Shown: positions 1 through 64,000 of the stretch, piece by piece
Layout of the letters: each line of letters begins with the position of its first letter
Position numbering within the stretch: position 1 is the first letter of the stretch
Source: Chrysomallon squamiferum
Lineage: Eukaryota > Animalia > Mollusca
Direction: 5' to 3'
Length of the DNA: 64,000 nt
NCBI GenBank assembly: GCA_012295275.1
Contig: CM022673.1
Location: 29,326,001 to 29,390,000, forward strand
Program-made: the position numbers and the translations under genes
Notes under the pieces: generated by a model
Database searches by the model: none
Seen by the model: only the letters and a program-made list of their open reading frames with translations
What the model was told of the DNA's origin: nothing

Positions 1-2278
1 GAGCGTATTTTAACTTTCAATTAAATTTCAGACAAATTTGCATCAACATTTTTAATGATATGAATTTAATCAAATTTGTATATTTAAACTACTTGCAGGT
101 ACCACCATATACATACACGCAACGCATGCACGCACGCACCACATCAATGGGTGATGGCCTATTAATTTGCTTCAGTCATTTAAAACTGTTATTTTATTTT
201 ATTGTTTTATTTTCAAAAATATTTTGACATCTTATTTAAAATAAATTCTTCTACTATTTCCACTTTGTTATGACAGCAATTATTCAGAAATGTGTTATTC
301 AGTATGATTTAGATTTATAATATGGAAGATTAATCTCTTTTAAAGAGCAGTGTTAATGAGAAAACGTTAATTTTGTTACAATGAAAAGTCATCTGTAATA
401 GTGACACCGGTCTTATGGAGTATGTGGCGCTGGAATCAGTCTTTAAACTATATCTTAATCCGAAGGTGCATCAGAAAATGAGTATAACATGAAATTCAGT
501 ATATAAATAAAGCAATAAAACACATGCACTAGTGAATATTGTTAGTGCCTAGTTAGTGTAATGTGTTTCTGTGGTGTGATTATGGTGTATAGTTGGTATA
601 GTTGTGGTGTATGTATAGTATATAATTTGTGAGTGACTAAGAGATACATCTAATAAATGAAAACGAATAAATAACAAAAATCAGTGAAAATGTACATCAA
701 TTTAATATCATAAAAAATATTGCAGTTTAATTTCATAAAGATAAAAATATAAATTATACATTTTATTTGTTAGCACCAGGACAATTTACTGACAGAAGAT
801 CTGGACTAAAATTAAAATAATAAAGCATTTAAACGGAAGCAATGGATGACAGGATGGAAGGACCCATTTATATCAAATTTGGCACTGCATACTGAAACTC
901 AAAAAATGACAATCTTGTACTGGTATAAAACACCCTCCAACTATAATAATATAATATTCAGAACAAGTACTGTAAGCCATTTACAAGAATTTTCAGCAGT
1001 AATTTCAAGCACATAATTACAGGTTAATAAAATGTAATTGATCATTGTAATTCATTTATTATTTATAATGTTTGACAATAATAATTTATAAAAACTAATC
1101 AAAAAGTGATTTTATATTCAGATAATGAATATTAATTTTTACTCATTTTAAATATTAATGTTGTAATAAATTGTTATTAAATAACATTAATATTTGATCA
1201 GTCAAATGCATTTTGTACAGTTATAAAGTATAACAATCACATCCCATTAATTAAATGAATCATTGCTGAAAACATTTATTTGTTTATTTATCTGTCAAAA
1301 TCATTTATAACTTGAAAAAAAATAATAAATACAAAATTTGAACATATTTCTGATTGAATGGTAAAGAGATATAAACACTTAAGACTGTGAAATATTATTA
1401 ATTAATGTAAATTATCAGATTATTTATCAACATTTTTATTATACTCTAATACACACTTTGTATGTTTGTCAGTATATGTGCGCTGTGTGTGCTTGTGTAT
1501 TAAGTCCTTATTGAGCATATTTAAAACAAAATTTACAAAATAAAAACTTCACCAGGTATAAACAATTAACAGAATGATAACAAACTTTCATCTAGTTCTA
1601 CTTTCAAATCAACTTTATACAACATAAATAACATGAATATATGAAACACAGTATGAATTAACAAGTATTTCTATAAATTAAAACTAATACTGCAGTCTGT
1701 TCTACTGCTAAAACTTGAAGAGTAATCAAATATGCTGGTTTCATGGACCAAGTTGAATTTCAGTGTTATTCAGTACACTATTTCAAATGATTAATGCTTG
1801 TCTTTTTATAATGCAGACAGATGAAACAAAGAAGCATTTAAAATAGTAATTGCTGTTACTATTTAATAACAAAATACAGTTTTATCTACAAAAGACAGTG
1901 CATTTTATGCAAAGTAAGGGAGGAACAGAAGATGTCACAATGATGTATTACACCAGACAGACATCAGATCATTTATCCAGCTAGGTGGGAGATTTGTTGA
2001 TTTTCTGCTTTACTAATATATACTTAAAATTATAAAATAAACAATGAACAGAAAATAACACAACTGTATTTTATACATACAAATTAATACACTTCTACAA
2101 CCAGGTTTTTGTTAATTCTACTTTTCTGGTAGGCTTTTAAATGGACTGGTATCTGTATGTATCACCATCATTTGGCCATCTTTTACTGAGAGTATCCTGA
2201 TCAAAACTGTCATTGTCTTCTTTTTATTTGTGCAAGTATTATAATGGAGACATCTTAATCCTGAAACGATGTATCTTG

Positions 2279-63979
<61,701 letters not shown>

Positions 63980-64000
63980 CTGAAAACACAAAATATAAAT

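Noticed and set aside
760-1440. Poly(A) signal of the polycystin gene
   Set aside because: Several minus-strand AATAAA (about 762, 1055, 1275, 1435) in very AT-rich DNA; I cannot choose one without 3'-end data.

Overview
AT-rich, CpG-depleted, microsatellite-rich animal genomic DNA. It is protostome (miR-87 present) and probably lophotrochozoan; the taxon is an inference. Nearly the whole window is the 3' part of one minus-strand, intron-rich polycystin-1-family gene, most similar to PKD1L1. I rebuilt 44 coding exons (about 7.3 kb, about 2,440 codons, 63979 down to stop at 2279) from splice sites and codon phase: REJ region with a low-complexity insert, GAIN/GPS with intact HL|T, TM1, PLAT/LH2, TOP domain, TRPP-like channel TMs, coiled coil and a long C-tail. 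The 5' end lies beyond the window. Notable features: a same-strand cluster of three miR-87 hairpins in the intron 20943-22706, a perfect 24-bp pre-miRNA-sized hairpin 2 kb upstream, tandem arrays copying a real acceptor (x7) and the GPS-exon donor (x3), two identical GC-AG donors, one phase mismatch in the PLAT domain, a hAT-type MITE, and large upstream introns with orphan exon-like and promoter-like islands. Most ORF-track entries are artefacts of repeats or opposite strands.
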